Shown: positions 1-12,922 of the stretch, one piece after another | Layout of the letters: the number at the start of each line of letters is the position of its first letter | Position numbering within the stretch: the stretch's first letter is position 1 | Origin: Polyangiales bacterium | GTDB lineage: Bacteria > Myxococcota_A > Polyangia > Polyangiales > Polyangiaceae | Assembly: GCA_038231275.1 (NCBI GenBank) | Contig: JBBRLQ010000047.1 | Location: 1 to 42,868 of the forward strand | Reading direction: 5' to 3' | Length of the DNA stretch: 42,868 nt | Position numbers and translations under genes: made by a program | The notes under the pieces: generated by a model | What the model saw: the letters and a program-made list of their open reading frames with translations, nothing else | Databases searched by the model: none | Told to the model about the DNA's origin: nothing

Positions 1-348
<348 letters not shown>

Positions 349-530
349 AAAAACTGAGGAGCTGACGACGTCGAGGTTTGACCCTCTCGGTCGGCTCTGA
401 ATTTCTGTTACGAAACCACCCCGACGCGCGCTTAAGCTCGTCAGGATGTTGGACCGTCACTTCGGAAGGCTGTGCCTTCCTCGTGCAGTCCGGGAGCCCA
501 CTCTGGTTTTTCACCAAGTGAGCGTACGAT

Positions 531-546
531 TCAGTTTTCAAGGACC
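531..546 (-). promoter_or_regulatory. rrn leader boxA-like antitermination/processing element
   Basis: Minus strand GGTCCTTGAAAACTGA about 180 nt upstream of the 16S, resembling the TCTTTGAAAACTGA leader motif of many rrn operons. Confidence 0.65.
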
Positions 547-665
547 GAGGCGCTCGCGTCCGCTGCCTGACGGCAACGGGCGTTCGATCGAGCCGAACAG
601 ATCAGAACCATCACCAGCCTCGAACCGGAACCGATGTAGGTGCCGTTTCGTTGTTGGGGACGCGA

Positions 666-694
666 ACCTTAGTCAGCGCCCACTTGCTGGTCAA
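666..694 (-). promoter_or_regulatory. rrn sigma70 promoter (proximal)
   Basis: Minus strand TTGACC-17 bp-TAAGGT, A-rich UP-like tract upstream (to about 723), GC-rich discriminator. Confidence 0.8.
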
Positions 695-802
695 CGTTAT
701 TTTGGGTTCGCTCTTCTTTTTTTCGGAGGGCCTAGCCAGAGGCTGCCAGAAGGCGCAGCACGCGGCCGGCGGCGGTCCGAGGAGCGAGACCTGTGGCGAG
801 AG

Positions 803-831
803 ACCTTAGTGACGGGATCCGTGATGGTCAA
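803..831 (-). promoter_or_regulatory. rrn sigma70 promoter (middle)
   Basis: Minus strand TTGACC-17 bp-TAAGGT; both hexamers identical to the proximal promoter. Confidence 0.75.
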
Positions 832-976
832 GCCGGCAGGACGCCGGAGGGACGGTCACTTCGCCTGCGCTCCACGAGCTCTCCACATGGAGGGGCGCGC
901 GGACGGAGGCGTCACGAAGGCAGAAAGGGGAAGAGATCCGCGGCGTAACGACGACGCCCCCCCGGATGTCTGAACC

Positions 977-996
977 CTGTCCACAGGTTATCCACA
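977..996 (+). promoter_or_regulatory. Tandem DnaA boxes
   Basis: Perfect TTATCCACA at 988-996 preceded by CTGTCCACA (2 mismatches) at 977-985. Confidence 0.6.
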
Positions 997-1073
997 TAAG
1001 CCTTTGGAAGCATTGGCTTCTTCGGGCGTTATCCGCGGCCATGGTTGGAACACCAACCCTCCAGGGAGCGCGG

Positions 1074-1101
1074 AATCTAGTCGGGACGGCGGTGGTGTCA
1101 A
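1074..1101 (-). promoter_or_regulatory. rrn sigma70 promoter (distal)
   Basis: Minus strand TTGACA-16 bp-TAGATT followed by GC-rich CCGCGC, a classic rrn P1 layout. Confidence 0.75.
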
Positions 1102-1268
1102 CATGGAAAATGGCGCAGCGCGTTCGTTTTGGGCGGCGGTCGTTTGACGTTGGCGGCAAACGACTGGAGCGACCCAAAGCAAGGCTCGAGCAACCGCGCC
1201 GGTCGAGGGACGGTTGCTCTTGGTGCAGGGTGGAAACGGGCGCGATTTACAGCGGCTATTTTCAGCGT

Positions 1269-1958
1269 CTAGGAGGAGTCTTGATCGCGCGCGATCGCCG
1301 TCGGGATCGGCTCGTCCGCGTACCAGAAGCCACCGGCCTCACGGACGACGGTGAGCTCGGCGCCAGTGTCGAGGCGCACGCGGAAGCCTCTTTCGCGTGC
1401 GTCGGCGGAGACGAGGGTGCCGAGGACCTCGACGGTGTGCGTGCGGGGGGCGCCGGAGCCGGAGGCTGCAGGAACGCCACGGACGGTCGCTTGGGCGGTG
1501 AGGCGGGTAGGACGGCGCGCGCTGCACTCCACGCGGACGGGATGCCAGTGCGGTCCTGGTGGCGCGGGCCAGCTCGCTTCGGCGGCGAGCGCCCGCTCCG
1601 AGAGGCCGATCGCGCGGTCGGACGCCATGAGCCCCGCGCGGGGCCGAAGCAACACGATCAACGCATAGTGATCGTGGAGCGCGCGGACGACGAAGCTGCG
1701 CTTGGCGGCGCGGATGAGCAGCGTGCGGAGAGGACCCATCGGGCCGACGTGCTGCGCGGCCTCGGCGAGGACGATGCAGAAGTGGGCGGCGGCGACCTTC
1801 AAATCGTAGGGGTCCGCGAGGCCTGTGTAATCTACACATTCCCCTTCTCCGTCGACGAGCGCAGCGCCGATGCCGCCGGGGATCCGCGCGAGAAGATCGG
1901 CCAGGATGGCGGCGAAGGGGCTCGCGTCGGTGTCGCGCGGCGGCGCGGCGTCCCTCAT
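1269..1958 (-). CDS. Roadblock/LC7 (MglB/MglC-like) domain protein with C-terminal extension
   Basis: FAAILADLLARIPGGIGAALVDGEGECVD...SFVVRALHDHYALIVLL fits the roadblock pattern; ATG 10 nt after the upstream stop. Confidence 0.7.
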   Translation of the reverse strand: MRDAAPPRDTDASPFAAILADLLARIPGGIGAALVDGEGECVDYTGLADPYDLKVAAAHFCIVLAEAAQHVGPMGPLRTLLIRAAKRSFVVRALHDHYALIVLLRPRAGLMASDRAIGLSERALAAEASWPAPPGPHWHPVRVECSARRPTRLTAQATVRGVPAASGSGAPRTHTVEVLGTLVSADARERGFRVRLDTGAELTVVREAGGFWYADEPIPTAIARDQDSS

Positions 1959-1968
1959 GCCGGCGCGC

Positions 1969-2880
1969 TCATGGTCGCTCGAGGGAGACCGCCTGCATGA
2001 GGGCGTCGGCCGCCGTGGAGATCTGCACCGGGTACCGGCCACGGAGCTCCGCGAGCGTGGCGTCGTAGGCCTTGCGTGCACGAGCGGCGAGGGCCTCGCC
2101 TTCGAGGAGAGCCGTTCGCTCGGCGAGCGGGACGCGGTGCTCGGGGAGGCGCTCGACGAGCTGGAGGACGTGCCAGCCGTACGTGGTCGTCGCGCGCGCC
2201 TTGTCGCCGGGCGCGCGCAACGAAACGGCCGCCGTCACGAACGGCTGCTCGATCGTAGTGGGCGCGTCGAGGGAGCGTCCGTCGACGGTGAGCGACAGCG
2301 TCTCCACGCGCGTTTGAACCTTTTTTTCTGCCGGAACGGCGCGTGCGGCGGCCTCGAACTCTTCCGGGGTCTTGGCCGTAGCGACGGCGGCGGCGATGCG
2401 ATCGAGCGTCGTTCGCGCCGCGGCGTCGATCTCGGGCGTGTGCTTGTTCGCCATCGCGACGGCGTGGATGACCTTGACCCCCTCGGGGACGTCGAGCTTG
2501 CGCCAGTGGAGGGCGGTGAGCTCTGCGATCTCCTCGGCGGTCGGTGGGCCCTTGGCGCGCGTGTCGTCGCGGACGTGCGCGGCGACGACGCGGGCTTGCG
2601 CGGAGATGATCGGCCATCGCACGCCGGGATCATCGGCGAGACCGGCGCCGCGGGCTCCTTGCGCGGCCAGCGCGTCGTCGATCAGGTCGTCCATTGCGGC
2701 GCGCGGGGGCACGTTCTTCGCGCGCGCGACGTCGGCGACGAGCGACGCGGAGATCGCCTCCGCCCCGACCCGCGCCACCACGTCACCTCCCAAATCCGCC
2801 GCGCGCTCCTTCGGCGGCGGCGCGTCGTGCCCGCACGCGGCCACGAGGAGCAGCCACGCCGACGGGAGACGCAGCTTCAT
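1969..2880 (-). CDS. PpiC/parvulin-type peptidyl-prolyl isomerase lipoprotein
   Basis: Lipobox LVAAC; VVARVG SurA-like start; C-terminal PFVTAAVSL...TTYGWHVLQL rotamase motif. Confidence 0.75.
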   Translation of the reverse strand: MKLRLPSAWLLLVAACGHDAPPPKERAADLGGDVVARVGAEAISASLVADVARAKNVPPRAAMDDLIDDALAAQGARGAGLADDPGVRWPIISAQARVVAAHVRDDTRAKGPPTAEEIAELTALHWRKLDVPEGVKVIHAVAMANKHTPEIDAAARTTLDRIAAAVATAKTPEEFEAAARAVPAEKKVQTRVETLSLTVDGRSLDAPTTIEQPFVTAAVSLRAPGDKARATTTYGWHVLQLVERLPEHRVPLAERTALLEGEALAARARKAYDATLAELRGRYPVQISTAADALMQAVSLERP

Positions 2881-3050
2881 GCGGCCCCTGGCCTCGCGAG
2901 CTGAACCGCCGCGCGCATCGACACGACCCCTACGACGAGCCAGTAGAGGGCGTGGATGTCCTCCGCGCGCGCCAGCGCCGAGCTCCCGACGGCGAAGGCG
3001 ACGACCGCGAGGACGACGAGCAGCCCGGCCACGACGTCGAAGGCATGCAT
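2877..3050 (-). CDS. 57-aa two-helix membrane protein (absent from ORF track)
   Basis: MHAFDVVAGLLVVLAVVAFAVGSSALARAEDIHALYWLVVGVVSMRAAVQLARPGAA*; high GC3; TGA overlaps the next ATG (ATGA). Confidence 0.8.
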   Translation of the reverse strand: MHAFDVVAGLLVVLAVVAFAVGSSALARAEDIHALYWLVVGVVSMRAAVQLARPGAA

Positions 3051-3068
3051 GCGGAGAAGAGCTTAGCG

Positions 3069-3821
3069 CTACCGCCCGGCGAGGAGAAGCGCGAGGCCGA
3101 GCGCGGCGACGACGAAGAGCCCGAGGAACGCAGCCATCGAGCGGCGGACGCGGACGCGGCGGGTCGGGCGAATGCGGCGCCCGTGGCGGCCGAGGGCGAT
3201 CTGCGTGGCCGCGCCGATCACGCCTAGCCCTGCGGCGAGGGCCACGAGGCGGACGAGCAGCGCGCGCTCGGGCACCGCGACGTTCCAGCCCACGGTCTGG
3301 AGGCCGATGGCCATGAGCGCGCCCGCGCCGATGAACCACGCGTCGCCACGCGGGATCTTTCCGCGCGGTCGAAGGGGCGCGCCGTCCACGATGCGACTGT
3401 CGTCGCCGTCGCGAGGGAGCGCAGGCGCGGCGGACGCGAGGGCGAAGAGGCCCCAGCCGATCATGCCGGCGACGCCGCGGCCCGCGTCGATGCGCGTCGG
3501 CAGGAGCGCCGCGGGGGCGAGCGCCCAGACGAAGGCGCTCGTCGAGACGAGGCCCCAAACCGAGACCGGGCGCCCGTAGCGCGGCCAGCGTCGCTCGAGC
3601 GGGATGGCGAGGATGAGACTCGCGAGCCCCGCGCACGCGATGACCTTCGCGAGGAGTGGCGACCCGCGCGACCACGCGGCCGGCGCGACGGTCACCGCCC
3701 ACGCATACAAGCCTGGGATCGTCGCCTGCGCGGCGGTGCCGATGTCACCGAGGCGCTCGAAGAGCCCTCGTCCCGCTCGCACCTCTCGCTCGTCGCTGTT
3801 CGACCGGCTCGGGTCCGCCAT
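3069..3821 (-). CDS. Multi-pass membrane protein, unknown function
   Basis: About 7 hydrophobic segments; tightly packed after ttcA. Confidence 0.75.
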   Translation of the reverse strand: MADPSRSNSDEREVRAGRGLFERLGDIGTAAQATIPGLYAWAVTVAPAAWSRGSPLLAKVIACAGLASLILAIPLERRWPRYGRPVSVWGLVSTSAFVWALAPAALLPTRIDAGRGVAGMIGWGLFALASAAPALPRDGDDSRIVDGAPLRPRGKIPRGDAWFIGAGALMAIGLQTVGWNVAVPERALLVRLVALAAGLGVIGAATQIALGRHGRRIRPTRRVRVRRSMAAFLGLFVVAALGLALLLAGR

Positions 3822-3825
3822 GCGC

Positions 3826-4656
<831 letters not shown>

Positions 4657-4710
4657 GGCCTAGCACAGGCCGCGCTGGGCGTCAGGGCGCCCGGCGGAGG
4701 CGCACGAGGC

Positions 4711-6234
4711 TCAGGAGGCGGGTGTGGCCTTCTCGGCGGCGCGAATGAGCTCGAGGAACGTGAGGACGCCGTGGCCGGTCGCCCCCTTCGGGTTCCAGCC
4801 GATGGCGCGATCGGCGCTCGCGGGGCCAGCGATGTCGACGTGGACCCAGTTCTTCGTGTCGCCGATGAACTCGCGGAGGAACAGCGCCGCGCTGATGGAG
4901 CCGCCAAAGCGATCGCCGGTGTGCTTGAGATCGGCGACGTCGCTCTTCATCTGCTCGCGCAGCTCCTCGAGGAGCGGCATGCGCCACATGGTCTCGCCGC
5001 TGGCGGTGACCGCGTGGGCGAACTCGTTCGCGGTCTCCTCGTTGGTGGCGTACCAACCGGAGCAGGACGTGCCGAGCGCGACGACGCACGCGCCAGTCAG
5101 GGTCGCGTTGTCGACGAGGAGATCGGGCTGCAGCGCGCGCGCGTAGGCGAGGGCGTCGGCGAGGATGAGGCGGCCTTCGGCGTCGGTGTTGATGATCTCG
5201 ACCTGCTTGCCGTCGAGCGAGCCCCACACGTCGCCGGGGCGGTACGCGTTGCCACCGGGCATGTTCTCGACGCACGCCATGATCGCGTGCACTTCGACGT
5301 TCGGCTTCAAATCGCCGACGATCGACATGAGGCCGACCATGTTTCCGGCGCCGGACATGTCGTGCTTCATCTCGCCCATGCCCTGCGCGGGCTTGATGCT
5401 GATGCCGCCGGAGTCGAACGTGACGCCCTTGCCGACGAAGACAAGGCGCTTCGGCGGACGCTTGCCGGCGTTGGCGGGGACGTACGAGAGGTGCACGAAG
5501 CGCGGCTCGTTCTTGCTCCCCTGGCCGACGGCCTGGATGAGGAGCATCCCGCGCTTCTGGATCTCCTTGTAGTCGAACACGAGCGCCTTGACGTTGTGCT
5601 CCTTCGCCACCGTCTGCGCGGCGGCGGCGAGCGCGGCCGGCGTGAGGTGGTTCGGCGGCTCGTTCGAAAGATCGCGCGAGATGTTGACGCCGCGCGCCAC
5701 CATCTGGCCGATCTCGATTTCGCGCTTCACGTCGGCGGAAGGCTTGTCCTTCATGACGAGCGTGACTTTGCCGAGCTCCGCCTTCGGGCGGCGATCACCG
5801 GTCAGGTACTTCGTGAAGCGGTACACGCCGAGCTCGAGCCCCTCGGCGACCTCGCGCACGCGGCCCTCGAGGCCGGCCGGGATCCCGACCACGAGCGACT
5901 TCGCCTTCTCCGAGTTCGCCGCGCGCGCCGCCTTCGCGCCGAACGCGCGGGCGTCGGCGTCGGTGAACGACTTCGCGTCGCCGAGGCCGAGCAGGACGAC
6001 GCGACCGGCGGGCAGCTTGCCGAGTGGCGCGAACGAAAGCGACTGGTCCTTCTTCCCCTTGAACTCGTCCTTCGCGATCATCTTCGCAAGGCCGCCGTTC
6101 AGCGCGCGATCGACGTCGGCGACATCCGCGAGGCGGGTCTTCTTGGAGGAGGTCAGCGTCCAAACGCCGACGACGATGACATCGCCGGAGGTTTTCGCGG
6201 CCTGCGCGGCGCGGGCGGAGATTTGAAGGGGCAT
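4711..6234 (-). CDS. pepA: M17 leucyl aminopeptidase
   Basis: VGKGVTFDSGG, MKHDMSGA and NTDAEGRL signatures. Confidence 0.95.
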   Translation of the reverse strand: MPLQISARAAQAAKTSGDVIVVGVWTLTSSKKTRLADVADVDRALNGGLAKMIAKDEFKGKKDQSLSFAPLGKLPAGRVVLLGLGDAKSFTDADARAFGAKAARAANSEKAKSLVVGIPAGLEGRVREVAEGLELGVYRFTKYLTGDRRPKAELGKVTLVMKDKPSADVKREIEIGQMVARGVNISRDLSNEPPNHLTPAALAAAAQTVAKEHNVKALVFDYKEIQKRGMLLIQAVGQGSKNEPRFVHLSYVPANAGKRPPKRLVFVGKGVTFDSGGISIKPAQGMGEMKHDMSGAGNMVGLMSIVGDLKPNVEVHAIMACVENMPGGNAYRPGDVWGSLDGKQVEIINTDAEGRLILADALAYARALQPDLLVDNATLTGACVVALGTSCSGWYATNEETANEFAHAVTASGETMWRMPLLEELREQMKSDVADLKHTGDRFGGSISAALFLREFIGDTKNWVHVDIAGPASADRAIGWNPKGATGHGVLTFLELIRAAEKATPAS

Positions 6235-6349
6235 CGGGCGTTTATATGCCAGAGGCTGAACCACGAACACAAGGAGTTCTGGAAACGATCCCGAGGTGTA
6301 GTGGGCATGGCCGAGCAGGCGTAGCTCGTGCGCCAGCGTCTAGGGCACG

Positions 6350-9037
<2,688 letters not shown>

Positions 9038-9105
9038 CGCCCGCGGCAAGTGTCGCCCAGCGCACGAGGGAAAACAACGGGGGGGACTCGGGATGCTCGT
9101 CGCGT

Positions 9106-9524
9106 TTAGTGCGCGTGGACGACGGCGGCGCGCTTGCCGGCCTCGCCGCTACGCATGAGGGCGCTTCGGAATAGCACTGGGCCGACGAGCTCGTTGATCA
9201 TCACCGCGCCGAGGAGGCACGTCGCCGCTTGATCGCCCCAGCCGGCAAAATGCTTGGCGACGAGCACGCAGAGCCCGATCCGACGCCGGACTGCGAGAGG
9301 AGGCCGTAGGGCACGAATTTGCGATGCTCCGGAAGAACGGCGCCGATGGCCATGCCGACGCGACCGCCGATAAAGAGCGCCGTTCCGCGGATGAGGACAA
9401 GGGCGATCGCGAGCCCGAAGGCGAGTGCGAGCGCGAGGATCGTCCGCAAGACGCTCGACTGCGACGTCACGAGCTCCGGTGACAGACCGTGTCCCGGCTC
9501 CGCCATCGCGAAGGCCATCGCCAT
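9106..9524 (-). pseudogene. Remnant of a cation:proton antiporter (CPA2-like), C-terminal part, frameshifted
   Basis: Frame A ...IRGTALFIGG...FVPYGLLSQSGVG and frame B IGLCVLVAKHF...GAVMINELVGPVLFRSALMRSGE join at about 9280 (GTC GG ATC GGG, one base missing); most of the gene is absent. Confidence 0.7.
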
Positions 9525-9551
9525 TCGCAGGGGAGCTTACGGCAGAAGCCG

Positions 9552-10043
9552 TCAGCCTACGAGGCGCTCGCCTTGGCCGATCGAGAGCTGTCCGCCCATT
9601 TGCGCGTCGGGCGTCGCGAAGACGCTCCGGGTCGGGATGCCATCGACCACGAGCGCGATCGTGCACGCCTCTCGCTGCGTGCCGGGATGGACCCACATGA
9701 CCTTGCAGGGCAGCGCGTACTCCACGCCGGTGACGGCGTCGGTCGCGCGGAGGATCACCTGCCCGCCCGCGGCGACCGGTGTGCCGGAAGCGACGAGGAG
9801 CGCGCCGGCGCTCAGCCCTCGGATCTCGACGCGACGCATGCCGCCGTCGCCGATCAGCTGCGCGGGAAGCGCGGTGCGCGTGGCCTTGACGTGGCGCGCG
9901 GGTGGAACCTCGAACTCCCCCTGAACGAGCTGCATCAAGGAGAGCAGCTCGACCTGCTCGCGCGCGGCGAGGGGCTCTCCCAACGTCGCGTGACGCGCCT
10001 TCAGCTCCCAGAAGCGAACCAGAAAATCGAGCTTCTCGATCAC
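9552..10043 (-). CDS. PilZ-like domain protein
   Basis: GTG start after GGAG; C-terminal EIRGLSAGALLV...GGQVIL...CKVMWV...IALVVD matches the PilZ beta-barrel pattern. Confidence 0.6.
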   Translation of the reverse strand: MIEKLDFLVRFWELKARHATLGEPLAAREQVELLSLMQLVQGEFEVPPARHVKATRTALPAQLIGDGGMRRVEIRGLSAGALLVASGTPVAAGGQVILRATDAVTGVEYALPCKVMWVHPGTQREACTIALVVDGIPTRSVFATPDAQMGGQLSIGQGERLVG

Positions 10044-10067
10044 GTGAGCTCCATGCACGGGATCAAT

Positions 10068-10083
10068 TGCACCTTGCGTTCCA
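10068..10083 (-). promoter_or_regulatory. Putative sigma54 promoter of the PilZ-like gene
   Basis: Minus strand TGGAACGCAAGGTGCA has GG-N10-GC spacing and 2 mismatches to TGGCACG-N4-TTGCA; it lies 24 nt upstream of the start. Confidence 0.55.
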
Positions 10084-10300
10084 TGAAAGTTGGACGGATC
10101 GGGCTGGCGAAAAGTTCTTTCCCGCCGCCACCAATCGCGGATTTGACGGGAAATGTCCTCGGTACCGCGAGCGTAAGAGGGGGGGGTCGCCCCGCGCACG
10201 CCGAGACCGCCCCGCCATGCATCGGGGGCTACGCAGCCCACGGGCGCGCGATCCACCGGTGACTGGCGCGGACCGCGTACCTTGTGCGAACCTGAGGCCG

Positions 10301-10996
10301 ATGCTGGGTGTCCGCGTTTCTTCTTTCGTGGTCGCGCTCGCGCTCGCCTGCGCGTGCGTCACCACGGCGTGCAGCGAGCTGAAGGTAAGCACCGGCCCCG
10401 GCGCGCGCGAGTACGTCGGCAGCGACTACCCAGTTGTGCTGAAGCGGTGGACGCGGTCGCAGAGCCTCATCTTGCCGAGCGAGCTCGATGATCTCTTGAG
10501 CGTCACGGCGACGTACGAGTCCTGGGATTTTCGTTGGGCGTACGTCGTTCGCTACGCGCAGGACTATCGCCTCACCGTCGAGCAGCGCCGCACGCTCCTC
10601 GAGAAAACGCTCGCCGAGACGCGCGACGTGCATCAGTTCTACGTCGCGCTCTACGGATCGAACCGCCGCTGGACGGATCTGACGAAGCCGAACAGCGCGT
10701 GGATCGTCCGGCTCATCGACGACCAGGGCGACGAGTCGGCGCCGCTGACGATCGACTACATCCCCAAACCCGGCGCGCTCGAGCGCACGTACTTTCCGTA
10801 CACGACGGTGTGGCGTCAGATCTTCCGCATCCGCTTTCCACGCATCTTGCCCGACGGGCGCCCGGCCATCGCGCCCGACGCGAAGTGGCTCGGGCTGCGC
10901 TTCGCCGGCTCCGAGGGCAACGAGGAGCTGCGCTGGGATCTCGACCCCGCCGCCGCGCCGCCGAAGTCCGCGGGTGCCACCGCCGACGTGCGCTGA
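10301..10996 (+). CDS. Hypothetical lipoprotein
   Basis: Hydrophobic signal ending VTTAC; strongly biased codon usage. Confidence 0.8.
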   Translation: MLGVRVSSFVVALALACACVTTACSELKVSTGPGAREYVGSDYPVVLKRWTRSQSLILPSELDDLLSVTATYESWDFRWAYVVRYAQDYRLTVEQRRTLLEKTLAETRDVHQFYVALYGSNRRWTDLTKPNSAWIVRLIDDQGDESAPLTIDYIPKPGALERTYFPYTTVWRQIFRIRFPRILPDGRPAIAPDAKWLGLRFAGSEGNEELRWDLDPAAAPPKSAGATADVR

Positions 10997-11017
10997 TCGA
11001 CGCCGCAGCAGCGCGCG

Positions 11018-12859
11018 CTACATCCCCGCGAAGAGCTCGAGGAGCGGCGGGCACGTCACGAGAAGCTCCTGCGCGATCGCTCGCGACACGAAGAGGGTCA
11101 GCGCGCCGCCCTTCCCTACGCGCGCGGTGAGCGGTGCCGATCCGCCCCCGAGGATCGTGTCGGCGAATAGGAACTCGCCGGAGCCGAGCGTCGACTTGAC
11201 GGTGTCGCCGTCCACGAGCTCGAGCGACCCCACGCCGACGACGACGAGACCGGGCATCGGCTTGCCCTTCGCGACGACGACGTCTCCTGGAGCGAGGACG
11301 CGCATCTCGAAGCGCGCGATGACCTGATCACGGAGCGAGCGATCCAAGCGTTCGCCGAGCGGGCCGACGGTGATCCCTGCCAGAGCCTGCGTGCGATCGG
11401 CGGCGGCGCGCAGATCGTTCTCCACCCACGGGCACGACTTGAACGCGGAGGCCACGTCCTCCTCGCGCCACACGGCGACGGTGGCGTGCTCGCCGGCGCA
11501 GATGAGGCGAAGCGGCAGGTAGTCCTCGATCGACCCACGACTTCGGAGGACGCTGCCGGCACTGAAGCGAACGGCGGGCGCGTCGACCATCGTGGCCGTC
11601 GCGTCCACCTCACCTGCGATCACGTACGCGAGCGCGAACGCGCTGACCTCTTCGTCGGGCCCCAAATCGCTCACCTTGGCGGCGAGCGCGAAGGACGCCC
11701 GGGCATCGTCCGGAAGATCGGAGAACGCCTCGACGTTCGACAAATCCACGCCGGCGACCGGCTCCATCTCTTGGCTGGGGATCGGCGGCTCGGTGGTGCC
11801 GACGCTCGGCGGAGGCGCGGCGACGGGAGGCGGCGCGGCGACGGGCGACGGCGCGGGCTTGGGGGACGGCGCGGGCGCGGACTTGGTGCCCCTCCCGGCG
11901 CGCGCGGGCAGCGGGGGCTTCACCTGCTTCTTCGGCGGCGGAGGCTTCGGCGGCGGAGGCTTCGGCGGCGGAGGCTTCGGCGGCGCGGGCGCGACGACCT
12001 CGAACGTCGAGACCGGCATGGCCTCATCCTTTTCCGCATGCCGAATCGATGGTGACGGCTCGCTCGGAAGGACGTCCGCCTTCGGATGCGTCGGCGACTC
12101 CCCTTCGGAAGGAAATGCCGACGCGGTCACCGCCACGTGGCGTGCGCTCGTCACCACTTCGTCTTCTTCGTAGACGCGCGGCGGCGGTGGCGACGACTTG
12201 TGCCGCGCGCCGCCCGGGATCGGAATCGACGCGCTCGAGCCAGGTCGCGGCGCCGCCGACGTCGAGACCTCGGGCGGGGGAGCGCGCGCGGGGCCCGGCG
12301 GCTCCGACCACGGATCCAGCATTCCAGCGTGCTTCTGCTCGGCGTGCGGGACGCTCTCGCGCGGCGCGTCGTCGGACTCGAGATAGTCGGAGGTGACGTT
12401 CTCGTAGTCGGCATCGCTGTTCACGGGGGCGCGCGGCGGCGGCGCCCTGTACGTCGCGTGCTCCGCGGACGGCGGCACCGGCGCGGGCACCGCGAGGGGC
12501 AATCGAAGCGGCGCGGTCCCGGGCTCCTCTTCGGTCGCCACGTCGATCGAAAAGTCGTGCGCCGAGGCGTGGAGCAAATCGTCGATCTGGCTTCCCGCGC
12601 CGGGCCGAGCGCTGTCGCGGTCGCCGGTGATCGCGACACCTTCGTTCCCGAGGACCTCGCTCAGCTCTGCCGCGTTGCGGGCCAGACCGACCGCGCGCTC
12701 GTCGTCGTCCGCCTCTCCCGCGGCCTGCGCGGCGCGCCGAAGCCAGACGATCGCATCGACGCGTTCGTTCCGCTTCCAGAGGGCATCCGCCGTCTGAAGC
12801 GCCCAAACGACGTCTTCCGCGTCGCTCTTTTTGGCCGGGGGAATGCCCTCCATCGTCAA
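11018..12859 (-). CDS. Protein with N-terminal helical domain, long Pro-rich linker and two degenerate cNMP-binding domains
   Basis: LSNVEAFSDL... and LAPGDVVVAKGKPMPGLVVVGVGSLEL...LGSGEFLF cNMP-type patterns. Confidence 0.75.
   Translation of the reverse strand: MTMEGIPPAKKSDAEDVVWALQTADALWKRNERVDAIVWLRRAAQAAGEADDDERAVGLARNAAELSEVLGNEGVAITGDRDSARPGAGSQIDDLLHASAHDFSIDVATEEEPGTAPLRLPLAVPAPVPPSAEHATYRAPPPRAPVNSDADYENVTSDYLESDDAPRESVPHAEQKHAGMLDPWSEPPGPARAPPPEVSTSAAPRPGSSASIPIPGGARHKSSPPPPRVYEEDEVVTSARHVAVTASAFPSEGESPTHPKADVLPSEPSPSIRHAEKDEAMPVSTFEVVAPAPPKPPPPKPPPPKPPPPKKQVKPPLPARAGRGTKSAPAPSPKPAPSPVAAPPPVAAPPPSVGTTEPPIPSQEMEPVAGVDLSNVEAFSDLPDDARASFALAAKVSDLGPDEEVSAFALAYVIAGEVDATATMVDAPAVRFSAGSVLRSRGSIEDYLPLRLICAGEHATVAVWREEDVASAFKSCPWVENDLRAAADRTQALAGITVGPLGERLDRSLRDQVIARFEMRVLAPGDVVVAKGKPMPGLVVVGVGSLELVDGDTVKSTLGSGEFLFADTILGGGSAPLTARVGKGGALTLFVSRAIAQELLVTCPPLLELFAGM
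11931..11985. repeat. 15-bp coding tandem repeat (PPPPK)
   Basis: TTCGGCGGCGGAGGC three times plus a partial copy. Confidence 0.9.
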
Positions 12860-12922
12860 GACAGGATTCGTATCACGAGGTTGGAGGACAGGTCCTTCGA
12901 TCGGCGCTAGCTGCGGAAGGGA

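Noticed and set aside
977..1037. oriC
   Set aside because: Only one perfect DnaA box, no AT-rich unwinding element and no dnaA/dnaN nearby.
9270..9290. Programmed frameshift in the antiporter fragment
   Set aside because: No slippery sequence, and most of the gene is missing, so decay or sequencing error is more likely.
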